64,000 nucleotides of DNA from Dehalococcoidia bacterium. Lineage in GTDB: Bacteria; Chloroflexota; Dehalococcoidia; GIF9; AB-539-J10. A program made the position numbers and the translations under genes. The DNA lies in assembly GCA_049586675.1 (NCBI GenBank), contig JBAVCL010000010.1, positions 1,074-65,073 of the forward strand, read 5' to 3'. Within the stretch, counting starts at the first letter, position 1. Each line of letters starts with the position of its first letter. This document shows positions 50,640 to 59,197 of this stretch, in pieces. The notes beneath the pieces were generated by a model, which saw only the letters and a program-made list of their open reading frames with translations, made no database searches and was not told the origin of the DNA.

Positions 50640-50800
50640 AGCCCTACAGAATTCGAACCTGCGCCACCCCGATTAAAAGTTATGGAGTGTCAAGATAGAG
50701 ACGTTATTATCAAGCATCAAAGATGTTCGCCTTTGGGCCACTTGAATCTATGTAGGCCCTAGCATATTAGAGTTGGTTCGGTAACAAAACAAGCAGGTCC
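50640..50800 (-). other. Element B: degenerate paralog of element A with a tRNA-like 3' region
   Basis: Reverse complement ...GGTGGCGCAGG TTCGAAT TCTGTAGGGCTCACTA; shares a conserved core including ATCAAGCATCAAAGATGTTCGCC with element A. Confidence 0.45.
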
Positions 50801-50959
50801 TACCTACCAGTCATCTGTGTCTGCGACTATTGACATCATATGAGTAGTTAGTTTATCGTTAATGCAAAGATGAAGGCAAAAGATGCCAAAAGGCTTCGCG
50901 GCAAAAATCGCCCTTTGAGTAGGTCAGTCATTTATTACGGCGACTATTAGGAGGGGCCG

Positions 50960-51466
50960 ATGAACGAAGAAGGCAAGACACTCAAAGTTCCAAACGCCAT
51001 CAAAAAGATGTTGCTGGGGGATGAACAAGTTATGGCAGTCATAAAGCAATCGAGGTTGAAGGCAGCCATTACACCCGACTCCATAATAATCACTAACCAG
51101 AGGATAATCAGATACTCTCCGTCAACCCTGGGATTACGTAAGGAGATTGAAGATTACAGGTATGAAGACATAGCTAATCTGAAAATCGATAAGGGAATTA
51201 TGTTTGCTACCGTCACCATAAAGCGGCGATTCATGAGCGAGGACCTAATCCTGGACAACCTCCAGAAAGGTCAGGTGGATTACGTTTCCAGGCTCATTCA
51301 GGAGAATCTCAGGCGAGTGAGTAGCGCGCCCGGATCCCCAGTTACAACGAATAAGCAGACTCCTCTAACTTCGCCAGAGGACCCTCTTCAAGTCCTGAAG
51401 CTTCGCTTTGCGAGGGGAGAGATTACCAAGGAACAATTTGAGGAAATGAAGAGGGCGTTGGAGTAG
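50960..51466 (+). CDS. Bacterial PH-domain protein with C-terminal SHOCT domain
   Basis: bPH-like N-terminal region; C-terminal LKLRFARGEITKEQFEEMKRAL = SHOCT motif. Confidence 0.55.
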   Translation: MNEEGKTLKVPNAIKKMLLGDEQVMAVIKQSRLKAAITPDSIIITNQRIIRYSPSTLGLRKEIEDYRYEDIANLKIDKGIMFATVTIKRRFMSEDLILDNLQKGQVDYVSRLIQENLRRVSSAPGSPVTTNKQTPLTSPEDPLQVLKLRFARGEITKEQFEEMKRALE

Positions 51467-51670
51467 ACTTGGCTGCTGCCCTGATTGCCCTCTGCCCTGT
51501 TCTCGTAGCTGCGATGATATAGGGACGGACTTTGCATACACTTCTTCAATGCCAACAAGATGGACCATTGTGTAATCAAGGCCCGTTAGGTGGTAAAATC
51601 ATCCACGGATACTGTGCAAACTGTGTGGCATTAATTGTAGTGTCTCTGTCGCCAGTCGACTAGTCTGCCC

Positions 51671-52414
51671 ATGATTGTCAGAGAAATCTATGTCAGAAGC
51701 ATTTTGTCCAAATCAAAAGTCTTTGATTATGTCATTAATCCCTATATTGGTTGCCAGCACGGATGTACATATTGCTATGCTCAGTTCATGAAGAGGTTTA
51801 CAGGGCATAAGGAACCGTGGGGTGAATTTGTTGACGTTAAGATTAATGCCCCAGATTTGCTGGAGCAGGAGATAAGAAAGAAACCGCGCGGTAGAGTCTG
51901 GATAAGCGGAGTATGTGACCCCTATCAACCACTGGAGAAAAGGTATGAATTGGCAAGAAGGTGTCTTGAAATACTAGTTCAACGTGATTGGCCAGTCACA
52001 ATCCAGACCAAATCTCCGCTTGTTTTACGGGATGTGAACCTACTTAGAGAAGCCAACGAGATTGAGGTTGGGCTGACAGTTACCACTGGAGACGAAAGAA
52101 CAAGACGATTGTTTGAACCAAATGCGCCACCAATTAAGGAAAGAATCAAGGCGCTGGAAGCGCTACATCTTGCAGGCATCAAAACCTATGCAATGATTGC
52201 ACCAATCCTTCCCGGGGCGGAGGAACTTGCTGACGCGCTTAAGGGAAAAGTGGACTACGTATTGATCGACAAAATGAACTACCATTATGGCGATTGGGTG
52301 TATAGAAAACATAATTTGGAGAGCGCCATGGGCAATGATTTTTTCTCCTTAAGAGGTAGGGAACTTGCATTTACCTTTGGAAACCAGGGCGTTGAGTGTC
52401 GAGTGCTATTTTGA
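51671..52414 (+). CDS. Radical SAM protein, spore-photoproduct-lyase-like (SplB/COG1533)
   Basis: CQHGCTYC CxxxCxxC motif near the N-terminus; length and pattern of DNA-repair photolyase-like radical SAM enzymes. Confidence 0.6.
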   Translation: MIVREIYVRSILSKSKVFDYVINPYIGCQHGCTYCYAQFMKRFTGHKEPWGEFVDVKINAPDLLEQEIRKKPRGRVWISGVCDPYQPLEKRYELARRCLEILVQRDWPVTIQTKSPLVLRDVNLLREANEIEVGLTVTTGDERTRRLFEPNAPPIKERIKALEALHLAGIKTYAMIAPILPGAEELADALKGKVDYVLIDKMNYHYGDWVYRKHNLESAMGNDFFSLRGRELAFTFGNQGVECRVLF

Positions 52415-52841
52415 CGACACTTGGTTGACGGCTTTATTTCTTGATCACGTTGGTAAGTGAGACATCGGTGATGTCTGGATGGGTAAACGGTCCGCTCAAT
52501 TGTTGCGTCAGAGGTAACAACATAGGTAATTGTTACTCAATTGCCTCTTTTATGACATTTGTTCACCTAGCTTGAGTATGGGCTCCCATGTAAAGAAAGG
52601 ATTGACCGAGGGGGTCAAAACACGCGTGATTGAGTACTGGCGAAAGGTTGATGATGACCTCGGTGCCTGTGTAGCCAAGGGCTTGGGTTAGGAGATACCT
52701 GCCCACGGAAGTAAATAGCCCTTCTTGGATTGCCCGGAGAGCACTTTCTTACCGGCAACTGATATACTGAATGTCTATGGCAGCCGAGTATTGCTTGGTA
52801 TTCAACAAGTTGGACGAAGTGGAATGGACCCTTTTGCTCTT

Positions 52842-53480
52842 TTAAGCAAAGGTGTCAATTTTGTTCTTGGGCGAACCACATATGGGGCATTTCTCAGGCT
52901 GATCTCCTTCATGGGTCCACCCGCAAACACTGCATACCCGCACAGGACCAAGATCCATATCTTTGGCTCCGGAATCGACAGACTCCTTAACCTTCTGGAA
53001 TAATGCACGGTGAGTCTTCTCTCCCTCAAGGGCATAGTGGAAGCTCAGCTCCGCACCCTTTTCTTTCTGAAACTTGGCCGTCTCAAGATAGGTAGGGTAC
53101 ATTTCAGTAATCTCAAAGGTTTCCCCATTGATACCTCCCTGTAGATTCTGAGACGTGCTGCCTGAGCCAAAGACAGCCATCGAAGCGCAAAGTGATCCCC
53201 CGAATTGGTCTTTCAGCTCGCGGAAATGGTTGCTGGCATGAACCGTTTCCGCAGAGGCAATAGCTCTGAACAAGCGAGCAACATTTGGGAATCCCTCTTT
53301 CTTTGCCAAATTACCCCAAGTTAGGTAACGCATGTGGGCCATTGATTCACCGCCGTGAGCATTCCGAAGATTAGCCGCTGTTATTGCATGCATTTTAACA
53401 ACCTCCTTTGCAGAACTTTTCCTCTTATTTTGCTCAGACATAATCACCAGTGTCAAGAGACGGCCATTCTGGAGGGCCAA
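52842..53480 (-). CDS. Rubrerythrin (ferritin-like domain plus C-terminal rubredoxin-like CxxC pair)
   Basis: Diiron ferritin-like motifs plus C-terminal CSVCG...CPICG. Confidence 0.8.
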   Translation of the reverse strand: MALQNGRLLTLVIMSEQNKRKSSAKEVVKMHAITAANLRNAHGGESMAHMRYLTWGNLAKKEGFPNVARLFRAIASAETVHASNHFRELKDQFGGSLCASMAVFGSGSTSQNLQGGINGETFEITEMYPTYLETAKFQKEKGAELSFHYALEGEKTHRALFQKVKESVDSGAKDMDLGPVRVCSVCGWTHEGDQPEKCPICGSPKNKIDTFA

Positions 53481-53565
53481 CAGATGTCAGATTGTTGGGT
53501 CACTTTTCGATGGTTTGTGTAGTGAATAACAAAACAGGCCTTCGTGAAATACAGGCAGCGCTTAC

Positions 53566-54843
53566 TTATGCGCCAGGATTCAGGACGCGCCCGACAAAGA
53601 GAATGGCACCCGTCTCAATGTCGCGAATCAAGAAGATGAAGGGGCGGTCTATGGTGACTTCCACAGGAGGTTGAGGTGCGGCTGACCCTGCGGCAATCAC
53701 TGCGGTGGCGGCAGCAGCCTCGGTGCCAGCTTCATCCACAGAAACGAACGCCTTGTGCACAACGTCTGATATGAACAGCTCACGATTACCAGTCATTCCG
53801 GAGAAATCGGCGTCACCAGGAGAAAAGGCAATTGGCATGCCCATCCCAGCGAGGGTATCCTTCAGCCTGAACTCCGAATCAAATTCAAACTTAGGCATGG
53901 TCAGGGTGACCTGAGTAAATTGCAGACCCTTTATGGTGTCACTGACCTGCTGAGACTGAAGTCCTTGTTCAAAAGCCTGGAAGTTGCCGGACGCAGGAAG
54001 CAGAATAACCATGGAGAGTTCATCGCCATCATATAGCAGCTCAACTGCCTGGTATCCTTCCCCCTTGGCGTAGCCGAATGACTCCGTCTGCCTCATCATC
54101 GGCACTATTGCCTGCCCGCCATCAAGCAGGTAGAATGGGCCGTCTGCTGTCACTTTATCATCGAAAGGGTACTTCCAGGCGGCATTGAAGTAGATAGCAT
54201 TGGTCAGCACTAGGCGAGTCAGGGCATCAATCGCGCCTGGCGGGATAAGGTCTTTGATGCGACCTTCCGTCTGGTCACTGACCCAATCATTGATGGCGAT
54301 GCGGGACTTTTCCGTCTCTGTTGTGAAGTCTAGTATTCTCAGCCCGGCCCCGTAGTTCTCAGCCAAAACGTCCAGGAAGTTGGACAGAAACTTATAATTC
54401 TTTTGCCCCCAGATGGCGTTAACGACGTTCAGTCTGAATTTGCCTCCATCCTTACCAGCAGCACCTTCACCCCTGCTGGCAAGTTCGGCATCGAGCCAGT
54501 TAAATGCCGGGTGCAGCCTATCTTGTTCAAGCAAGAAATGAAGAGTATCAGCCATCTGCTGAGCGGTTTCGTTACGCGCTCCGGCGTATGTCATCGCCAG
54601 CGCCAGTGAGATGCTATAAGGGGAGTAGAAAAGATTACCCTCCTTCCCTTTAAGGGCCTGATAAAGCTTAAAGGCGAAGGCACTGTTTCCTTCAACCAGC
54701 AATGCTTGCTCACTCGAACTGACATCCGGTGAAGTTATGCGCTCTTTATTGGATTTGAGCAGATCGCCTGGTGCCGGCTGAGTACAGGCTATCAGCGGCA
54801 GCAGCAACACTATGACTAATACGCCTATCAGTATCTTCTTCAT
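53566..54843 (-). CDS. Serpin-family protease inhibitor, probable lipoprotein
   Basis: 425 aa; signal peptide with LIAC lipobox; serpin pattern including C-terminal FIFLIRD...GAILFVGRVLNP. Confidence 0.8.
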   Translation of the reverse strand: MKKILIGVLVIVLLLPLIACTQPAPGDLLKSNKERITSPDVSSSEQALLVEGNSAFAFKLYQALKGKEGNLFYSPYSISLALAMTYAGARNETAQQMADTLHFLLEQDRLHPAFNWLDAELASRGEGAAGKDGGKFRLNVVNAIWGQKNYKFLSNFLDVLAENYGAGLRILDFTTETEKSRIAINDWVSDQTEGRIKDLIPPGAIDALTRLVLTNAIYFNAAWKYPFDDKVTADGPFYLLDGGQAIVPMMRQTESFGYAKGEGYQAVELLYDGDELSMVILLPASGNFQAFEQGLQSQQVSDTIKGLQFTQVTLTMPKFEFDSEFRLKDTLAGMGMPIAFSPGDADFSGMTGNRELFISDVVHKAFVSVDEAGTEAAAATAVIAAGSAAPQPPVEVTIDRPFIFLIRDIETGAILFVGRVLNPGA

Positions 54844-55320
54844 CTCTATGAAACAAGTCCGCGCTACCTCAACGTTCGTGTGGCAGCCTGCTTTGATAGC
54901 ACATTGTATGGCCTCGCCCTACGTTAGTCAACCCGGCTCGGTGTCCTGGCTGACCACGTGGGTAACACCGGGCAGCATATTTTAGCAAGTTCCTTTTCAA
55001 CATATTGTAGTAGAGGCTGGCCAGCTTTCTCATTCCGATAACTCCCATGGTAGGTTATCATCACTAAACATACCATGAGTGTTACTCATGTATCTCAGCC
55101 TCCGAAGGCCTATACGTACCAAGACGTTAGTAGCCAGCCTTCGGATTGTAAGTCAGTCGTCCCAAAGGATCATTTTGCGTATAAAATAGAACTGTTGTAT
55201 CAGCCGCCAAAAACCCGCTTTGTTCGTAAAATGCCAACTGGTAACAACACGTCCTAAATAATTTAACGCCAAAATTCTAGCTTCTGTTTATACGTGGGAC
55301 AATGGCAACAAGTGACTAAC

Positions 55321-55370
55321 AATTTATACCATACCAGTAAAAACAACGAACGGGATAACAATCCAAGCTA
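55321..55370 (+). repeat. Possible degenerate copy (R0) of the array repeat
   Basis: AATTTATACCATACCAG... shares the AATTT and ATACCATACCA blocks with the repeat consensus, otherwise diverged. Confidence 0.25.
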
Positions 55371-55794
55371 TTGTTGCCCAAGCTGCACCGTGCACCGAGA
55401 TGCTAGCTTCGTGGCCTACTGATAAGAAGCAGGAATATGCCATCTCTTACAGAACATCCCACCAGAAAAACCATATAATTGTGATAATAATGATAACCAA
55501 GCCTACAAAACACCCTATGAACATCCCATGCCCCATTTTGCTAAGTATATTCTACGGTGCCTATGCCTCCTACTAGTAGTATTCTCCATTATTTTCTTTG
55601 TTCTGCTTAATGGTTCTACTCTTGTTATAGTCGTTCCTTTGGGAACCTCAGATTCTTTCCATATCCCCCTAATTTCTTGATAACCTCCTCCACACCTCTG
55701 CCATTTTCTAGAATTGCCACCTTTGCCTCTCTCCGTTACTCACTGTATGTTATCTCGGTCACGGTAATAGTATCATATGCAAGCGATAGGTGGC

Positions 55795-55860
55795 GAATTT
55801 CAGGGACACCATACCAATCAGGCCTGCTACAAATCAGGTACTCTATCCACCGAATACCAC
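55795..55860 (+). repeat. Array repeat R1 (about 65 bp imperfect palindrome)
   Basis: GAATTTCAGGGACACCATACCAATCAGGCCTGCTACAAATCAGGTACTCTATCCACCGAATACCAC. Confidence 0.85.
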
Positions 55861-56184
55861 AAGCTGGTTAGATTTACTCGTAGTCGGGCTTAACAAAACG
55901 ATGTTTTATATAGTCGCTTGTCTCGGTCAATACAAAATAAGGAACTAAACAGAATGAATAAATGTTACACTGCACTTCGCTGGGTTAATTCAGTGCGTAT
56001 TGACAAATGCCCAGGACGGACTACAATAAAATTGTCTAACATCTGAACCGACTGCAAATTCAATAGGAGCAGGGATGAACAAGATGAAGCAGATAACAAA
56101 GATGCTGGAATCGCTAAATAGATGCGGTGGTCGGCACCTTTTTTAAGACATATTAATCTCTGCTGCTAATTAAGGAGGACTGTA

Positions 56185-56601
56185 ATGAATAAAACTGAGA
56201 TTATGGCTTTCCTAAAGGCAATCCCAATCTGTTTTCTAGCCACTACTGAAGGTAATAAGCCTCATGTCCGTGCCTTAGGGGTGTATAGAGTGGATGAGAA
56301 TGGTATTATTCTGCAGTCAGGAAAAGGGAAAGACTTACATAAGCAATTAGTCTAGAATCCTGAGGTTGAGATTTGCTTCTGCGATGCACAAAACTTTATG
56401 CAGGTAAGAGTTAGCGGCCGTATAGAGATAGTTGAAGACTTGGCACTGAAGAAGGAAATCGTTGACAAACGTCCTCATATAAAGCCAATTGTTGAACGAG
56501 TGGGGTACGACCTCATATCTGTTTATAGATTGAAAAATGGAAAGGCGACCTTTTGGTCTATTAAGGAGCCGTTGGCACCTAAGACTTATGTTGACTTATA
56601 G
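56185..56601 (+). pseudogene. Pyridoxamine 5'-phosphate oxidase-family (PNPOx-like) gene with in-frame TAG at 56353-56355
   Basis: ATG after AAGGAGG; MNKTEIMAFLKAIPICFLATTEGNKPHVRALGV...KQLV*NPEVEICFCDAQNFMQVRVSGRIEIVED...; the two halves are continuous in one frame. Confidence 0.65.
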
Positions 56602-56610
56602 CAAATGGTG

Positions 56611-56680
56611 GAATTCCAGGGACACCATACGTCAAAATTAGGCCTACCACAAAATCAGGTATTATTTTCCCCGAATACCG
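56611..56680 (+). repeat. Array repeat R2
   Basis: GAATTCCAGGGACACCATACGTCAAAATTAGGCCTACCACAAAATCAGGTATTATTTTCCCCGAATACCGC. Confidence 0.85.
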
Positions 56681-56757
56681 CAGGCGCAATGTTATATTGG
56701 TACATAAAAAGTGATCTGGGCTTCAATCTCTCCTAACACGTGTCTCTTTGATGGAAT

Positions 56758-57324
56758 CTAATCTGATTGGCGGCGTGATTCTTTTACCAGAAACAACACA
56801 AGAATAAAGCCTATCGACGCAAGTACTGCTCCCAAAAGGAATATTGTGCGGAAACCGATAATTTCTGAGAGGAAACCACCGAAGGCGGGACCTATCATCC
56901 AGCCAACGGATATCGTTTGCTGATAGACACCCATAGCCCAGCCCCTCTTATCTGCAGTGATAATGTCGGCTATGTAGGCTGTGACCGAAGCACCAATGGC
57001 GACCCAAGCAGCGCCTTCGAGGACTTGTATACCATATACCACCACATAACCTTGTGCCAGGAAATAAAGGACAAAAATTAGTGCAAAACTAGCCATCGAA
57101 CCGAGGATAATCGGTTTCCTACCAAAACGGTCTGCTGCCTTCCCCAGAAGTGGACCAAAGAGTAACCCTACCAGAGAACCAACCATATATATCAAGCCAA
57201 TCTGAGTCCTCGGTGCTCCAAGCACTTCACCCATATAGAGCGAGAACATAGAATAAACCAGACCGGAGCAAATCATCAGGGGTAGTGCACAAGCACAGAG
57301 AACATAGAGTTTTTTCTTTTCCAT
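56758..57324 (-). CDS. MFS transporter, N-terminal half only (6 TM, 188 aa; truncated)
   Basis: MFS motif A GKAADRFGRKP between TM2 and TM3; full MFS proteins are about 400 aa with 12 TM. Confidence 0.65.
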   Translation of the reverse strand: MEKKKLYVLCACALPLMICSGLVYSMFSLYMGEVLGAPRTQIGLIYMVGSLVGLLFGPLLGKAADRFGRKPIILGSMASFALIFVLYFLAQGYVVVYGIQVLEGAAWVAIGASVTAYIADIITADKRGWAMGVYQQTISVGWMIGPAFGGFLSEIIGFRTIFLLGAVLASIGFILVLFLVKESRRQSD

Positions 57325-57481
57325 AGGTCACACTCCTGAAAGTATATTTTCGGCAAAGACTGCCCGATGGGGATACCTCGTCCCCTCATACCTTTGTCCG
57401 CCATTCTATCTCTGTTCTGGCATCATTCACAAGAGTGCCGTTTGGCAATAATTCTGTAGTAGCAATTAGATAACAATCGGC

Positions 57482-57547
57482 GAATTTCAGGGATACCATA
57501 CCAATCGCGCCTGCTACAGATTAGGTATTATGTCCCCCGAATACCAC
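57482..57547 (+). repeat. Array repeat R3
   Basis: GAATTTCAGGGATACCATACCAATCGCGCCTGCTACAGATTAGGTATTATGTCCCCCGAATACCAC. Confidence 0.85.
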
Positions 57548-57627
57548 TTGCAACAAATTATAGGGCATGCTTAAATTGGAAAGTGAACAGATTATAGGAC
57601 AAAACATAAAAGGAGGTATCAATAACA

Positions 57628-58272
57628 ATGGCAACAGAAGCGTCACCAACCCCACCCGCATATCCCGCTACTCTGACAATCGACTACCCGGATAGACCGC
57701 TTAATCGGTTAACCACGTTCTTCAGGATCTTCGTAGTAATTCCAATCGCTATTATTCTGGCCTTGGTAGGTGGTGCGAACTCTAATTGGAGTGGAATGCA
57801 TGGTTGGTACTGGCTATATGGTGCAGGAGGTATCTTGTTCCTAGCAACCCTACTCATGATTCTTTTCCGGCAAAAGTACCCCAGGTGGTGGTTTGATTGG
57901 AATGTAGCATTGATTAAGTTCAGCACTCGTGTTTCCACTTATGTTGGTCTCCTTACAGATGTATACCCCTCAACTGACGAAGAGCAGGCGGTTCACATTG
58001 AGATCCCCTATCCCGACGTTCCGAAAGACCTTAACCGTTGGTTACCACTAGTGAAGTGGTTTCTAGCTATCCCACACTACATCATCCTAGCTTTCCTGGG
58101 GATTGCAGCCTTCGTTTGTGTGGTGATAGCCTGGTTTGCCATCTTGTTTACTACTCGCTATCCTAGAGGTCTATTTGACTTCGTAGTTGGTGTATACAGA
58201 TGGTCGCTGAGAGTAGCTGCATACGCTTTTTTGTTGACAACGGATCGGTATCCACTCTTCAGTCTGTCCTAG
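57628..58272 (+). CDS. DUF4389-like membrane protein
   Basis: YPATLTIDYPDRPLNRLTTFFRIFVVIPIAIIL and a second half-repeat ...LVKWFLAIPHYIILAFL; tandem DUF4389-like modules. Confidence 0.55.
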   Translation: MATEASPTPPAYPATLTIDYPDRPLNRLTTFFRIFVVIPIAIILALVGGANSNWSGMHGWYWLYGAGGILFLATLLMILFRQKYPRWWFDWNVALIKFSTRVSTYVGLLTDVYPSTDEEQAVHIEIPYPDVPKDLNRWLPLVKWFLAIPHYIILAFLGIAAFVCVVIAWFAILFTTRYPRGLFDFVVGVYRWSLRVAAYAFLLTTDRYPLFSLS

Positions 58273-58316
58273 ATTTACCCTAGCCATATTAGGGAACACG
58301 TACCTTGGGTGAATGC

Positions 58317-58383
58317 GAATTCCCGAGACACCATACCAATCAGGCCTGCTACAAATCAGGTATTATATCCCCCAAATACCGCG
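58317..58383 (+). repeat. Array repeat R4
   Basis: GAATTCCCGAGACACCATACCAATCAGGCCTGCTACAAATCAGGTATTATATCCCCCAAATACCGC. Confidence 0.85.
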
Positions 58384-58467
58384 GCATCTCACCCGCGTCT
58401 TAAACATCTGATCTCGGGCATCCCCACCCCTGTTCATCCCTTCCAAGACATTGACTAAGGTGCTACA

Positions 58468-58815
58468 ATGTTCTTAATGAATGGCTATACATTGAGAGAG
58501 GCTGCCCAGGCTTTAGGGGTCTCAATAATTACCATCCGTCGGTATATCAAGTCCGGCAAGCTCAAGGCCAGGCTAGTCCCTTCCAAGTTCGGGCCGTCAT
58601 ATATTATTGACGACTTACCCATGCTCACCAAGTCCTCATCAGATAACACCCTATCAACCCAACCGATCATCAATAGAATAGAGCAGTTATCCCAAGAGGT
58701 CGGCTACTGGAAAGCCAAAGCAGAATTACTTGAGGAACGATTATTACTTCTGGAAGCCCCTAAGCAGACCCATAAACAAAAATGGTGGCAAAGGCTATTC
58801 AGGCCTTGGCACTAA
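58468..58815 (+). CDS. Excisionase-family helix-turn-helix (HTH_17-like) DNA-binding protein with C-terminal coiled coil
   Basis: YTLREAAQALGVSIITIRRYIKSGKLKARLV matches the excisionase/MerR-type HTH pattern. Confidence 0.55.
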   Translation: MFLMNGYTLREAAQALGVSIITIRRYIKSGKLKARLVPSKFGPSYIIDDLPMLTKSSSDNTLSTQPIINRIEQLSQEVGYWKAKAELLEERLLLLEAPKQTHKQKWWQRLFRPWH

Positions 58816-59056
58816 ATAGATAAGGCTGCTCTAACCACTAACACAAAGTGAGAAAGGCTAATCCATAGCAATTACACTATGAGCTCGAATTAGAAACCAG
58901 ACCCACACTGAACGGGAGAGAGAATAGGATTTCCGACGACTTCACTGTCAGGATGGCTCACGGGAGAAGGAAATAAGATAGGATCACCCAATTGTGTGTG
59001 GGTGCGGCAAGGAGGTTTAATGCCCTTTCTCGGGCCTCTCAGGTGCCTTCTAGCGG

Positions 59057-59123
59057 GAATTCTGGTGACACCATGCTAATTTAGGCCTACTATAAATCAG
59101 GCATTATGTCCCCAGAATACCAC
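59057..59123 (+). repeat. Array repeat R5
   Basis: GAATTCTGGTGACACCATGCTAATTTAGGCCTACTATAAATCAGGCATTATGTCCCCAGAATACCAC. Confidence 0.85.
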
Positions 59124-59197
59124 AACAATTCCAGGTCATCGGTGAGCGGAAAGTTGACAGCACCATGTCAGCCGTCTAAAGTGTAAGTCAGTGAGTT

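Noticed and set aside
52725-53035. ORFs 52725..53003 (+) and 52802..53035 (-) at the rubrerythrin 3' end
   Set aside because: Both overlap the well-supported rubrerythrin gene with no recognisable domains.
55677-55871. 64-aa ORF spanning repeat R1
   Set aside because: Reading frame is generated by the repeat sequence itself; no RBS; analogous frames are not conserved in other copies.
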